Shown: positions 63,102 to 64,000 of the stretch, piece after piece
Numbering within the stretch: position 1 is the stretch's first letter
How the letters are laid out: every line of letters starts with the position of its first letter
NCBI GenBank assembly: GCA_026003175.1
Contig: BPGT01000006.1
Coordinates: forward strand, 36,025-100,024
From: Armatimonadota bacterium
Lineage (GTDB): Bacteria > Armatimonadota > HRBIN16
Reading direction: 5' to 3'
Length of the DNA: 64,000 nt
Notes under the pieces: model-generated
Seen by the model: only the letters and a program-made list of their open reading frames with translations
Told to the model about the DNA's origin: nothing
Database searches by the model: none
Position numbers and translations under genes: made by a program

Positions 63102-64000
63102 TATCGTCCCTCCTTGCGCCGTCTCCATGAGGTAACCACGCGCAAACCGCCATGTACCAGCGCGCCCAGCACTGCGACCAGCAACAGCGATTTGCCCAAA
63201 ACCTCCACTTTTGGCGAGTAGTCTCGTCCGGGAATGTAGAAGTCCCTCAGGTTGGCGATGCGACTGTTGTGGCGCGTATGGCACTCACTGCATTGTAACG
63301 CCTTCTCCTTCGGGGAGACCATGTGGTTGACGGGCCAGTACATGATGGTCTCGATGAAATCCATCTTTCCGCTGAAGGGCAAGCCGTGCTCTTTCATGCC
63401 TACCTCCATTGCCCGTAGCAGGTCGAAGTCTTCCCAGAGCGCACCCTCGCCGTGTCTGGGCGCGAACAATTTGGGCAACAACAGCATCCGGGTGACAGGG
63501 TCATAGAACTGCCGGGTGCGCATGACCTTGACTGGGAAGATTTTGGCGTCGGGGTCGGCGTAAGAGCCTTCAAAGCGGTTCAGGATGACGGGTTGTGTGG
63601 GGTCTTCGATACGGTCGCCCGGCAGGTAGTGGTGAGCCGTGCCGTTGAACCATACATACTCCGGTTTCAGGTTCTTGCCCCAGCGGAAAGTACCTTTCTT
63701 GGACATGTAGAGGATGTTGCCCTCGGCATCCTTCTCTTCATACGGCTTGCCATTCCGTAGTTTGCCTGCGGTAGACCAGTCCCAGTAGATTTTGGTGGCG
63801 TTCACTTTGGCGTAGACCGGGATGTGACATGTCTGGCATGCCACTTTCAGTGTGTGTTCGTTGAGCAGGTCGTCGTTGTGAGGGGTGTTGCCATGACATT
63901 GCTCACAGGTAACGCGGTTGCGGTTCATGGACGAGAGCGAATAAAGCTGACCGCGGATGTTGTGCTTCTCAGTGACATGGCAGTCCACGCACTGCATGTT
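63101..64000 (-). CDS. multihaem c-type cytochrome, tetrathionate-reductase-family octahaem-like; 5'-partial (runs off window)
   Basis: Four CxxCH motifs are visible (CVDCH, CEQCH, CQTCH, CSECH), plus a C-terminal TM anchor. The frame is open at nt 64000. Confidence 0.65.
   Translation of the reverse strand, partial: NMQCVDCHVTEKHNIRGQLYSLSSMNRNRVTCEQCHGNTPHNDDLLNEHTLKVACQTCHIPVYAKVNATKIYWDWSTAGKLRNGKPYEEKDAEGNILYMSKKGTFRWGKNLKPEYVWFNGTAHHYLPGDRIEDPTQPVILNRFEGSYADPDAKIFPVKVMRTRQFYDPVTRMLLLPKLFAPRHGEGALWEDFDLLRAMEVGMKEHGLPFSGKMDFIETIMYWPVNHMVSPKEKALQCSECHTRHNSRIANLRDFYIPGRDYSPKVEVLGKSLLLVAVLGALVHGGLRVVTSWRRRKEGR

Overview
GC-rich bacterial chromosomal window. A DUF1559/prepilin-type pseudopilin, a SPOR-domain Hanks kinase, a zf-HC2 anti-sigma protein and a large beta-barrel ending in F suggest a diderm, possibly Armatimonadota/PVC-like; this taxonomic guess is inference only. 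Most of the window is ordinary, tightly packed metabolism: fba, argB, purC, hemH, pgl-zwf, an RpiR-regulated sugar-phosphate operon, a sugar ABC operon with an enolase-superfamily gene, several glycoside-hydrolase/lyase-like genes, GH27 alpha-galactosidase, a YyaL-type thioredoxin protein, and a RACo-like corrinoid activator with a URO-D/MtaA-like gene. There are two tRNAs, Thr-UGU and Arg-GCG. The accessory content is concentrated in a few places. (1) At ~2.0-7.7 kb lies a short YD-repeat/Rhs polymorphic-toxin locus with a main gene plus immunity gene, one intact promoterless tip/immunity cassette and one decayed copy. Its Sec-leader ORF is separated from the YD ORF by a single in-frame TGA behind a near-consensus promoter. 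Both tips are unusually Cys-rich and hydrophobic. The island is bracketed by two tandem arrays of a chain-of-hairpins repeat, one of which has inserted into the decayed Rhs copy with duplicated flanks. (2) Three small toxin-antitoxin-like pairs are present: two PIN pairs and one HEPN-MNT pair. (3) A ParE/RelE-like domain is fused to a UvrD-like SF1 helicase. (4) A coiled-coil/PD-(D/E)xK-like protein carries three perfect 105-bp in-frame repeats. (5) A kinase, an orphan anti-sigma protein and a 1163-aa repeat-containing outer-membrane protein form a cluster. (6) Two paralogous polytopic membrane proteins converge on nif3. (7) A sulfur cluster runs off the 3' edge: octaheme cytochrome c, cytochrome b, and split YeeE/YedE with a rhodanese fusion. 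No CRISPR array, integrase or transposase was found. All functional calls rest on motifs read by eye; no database search was run.
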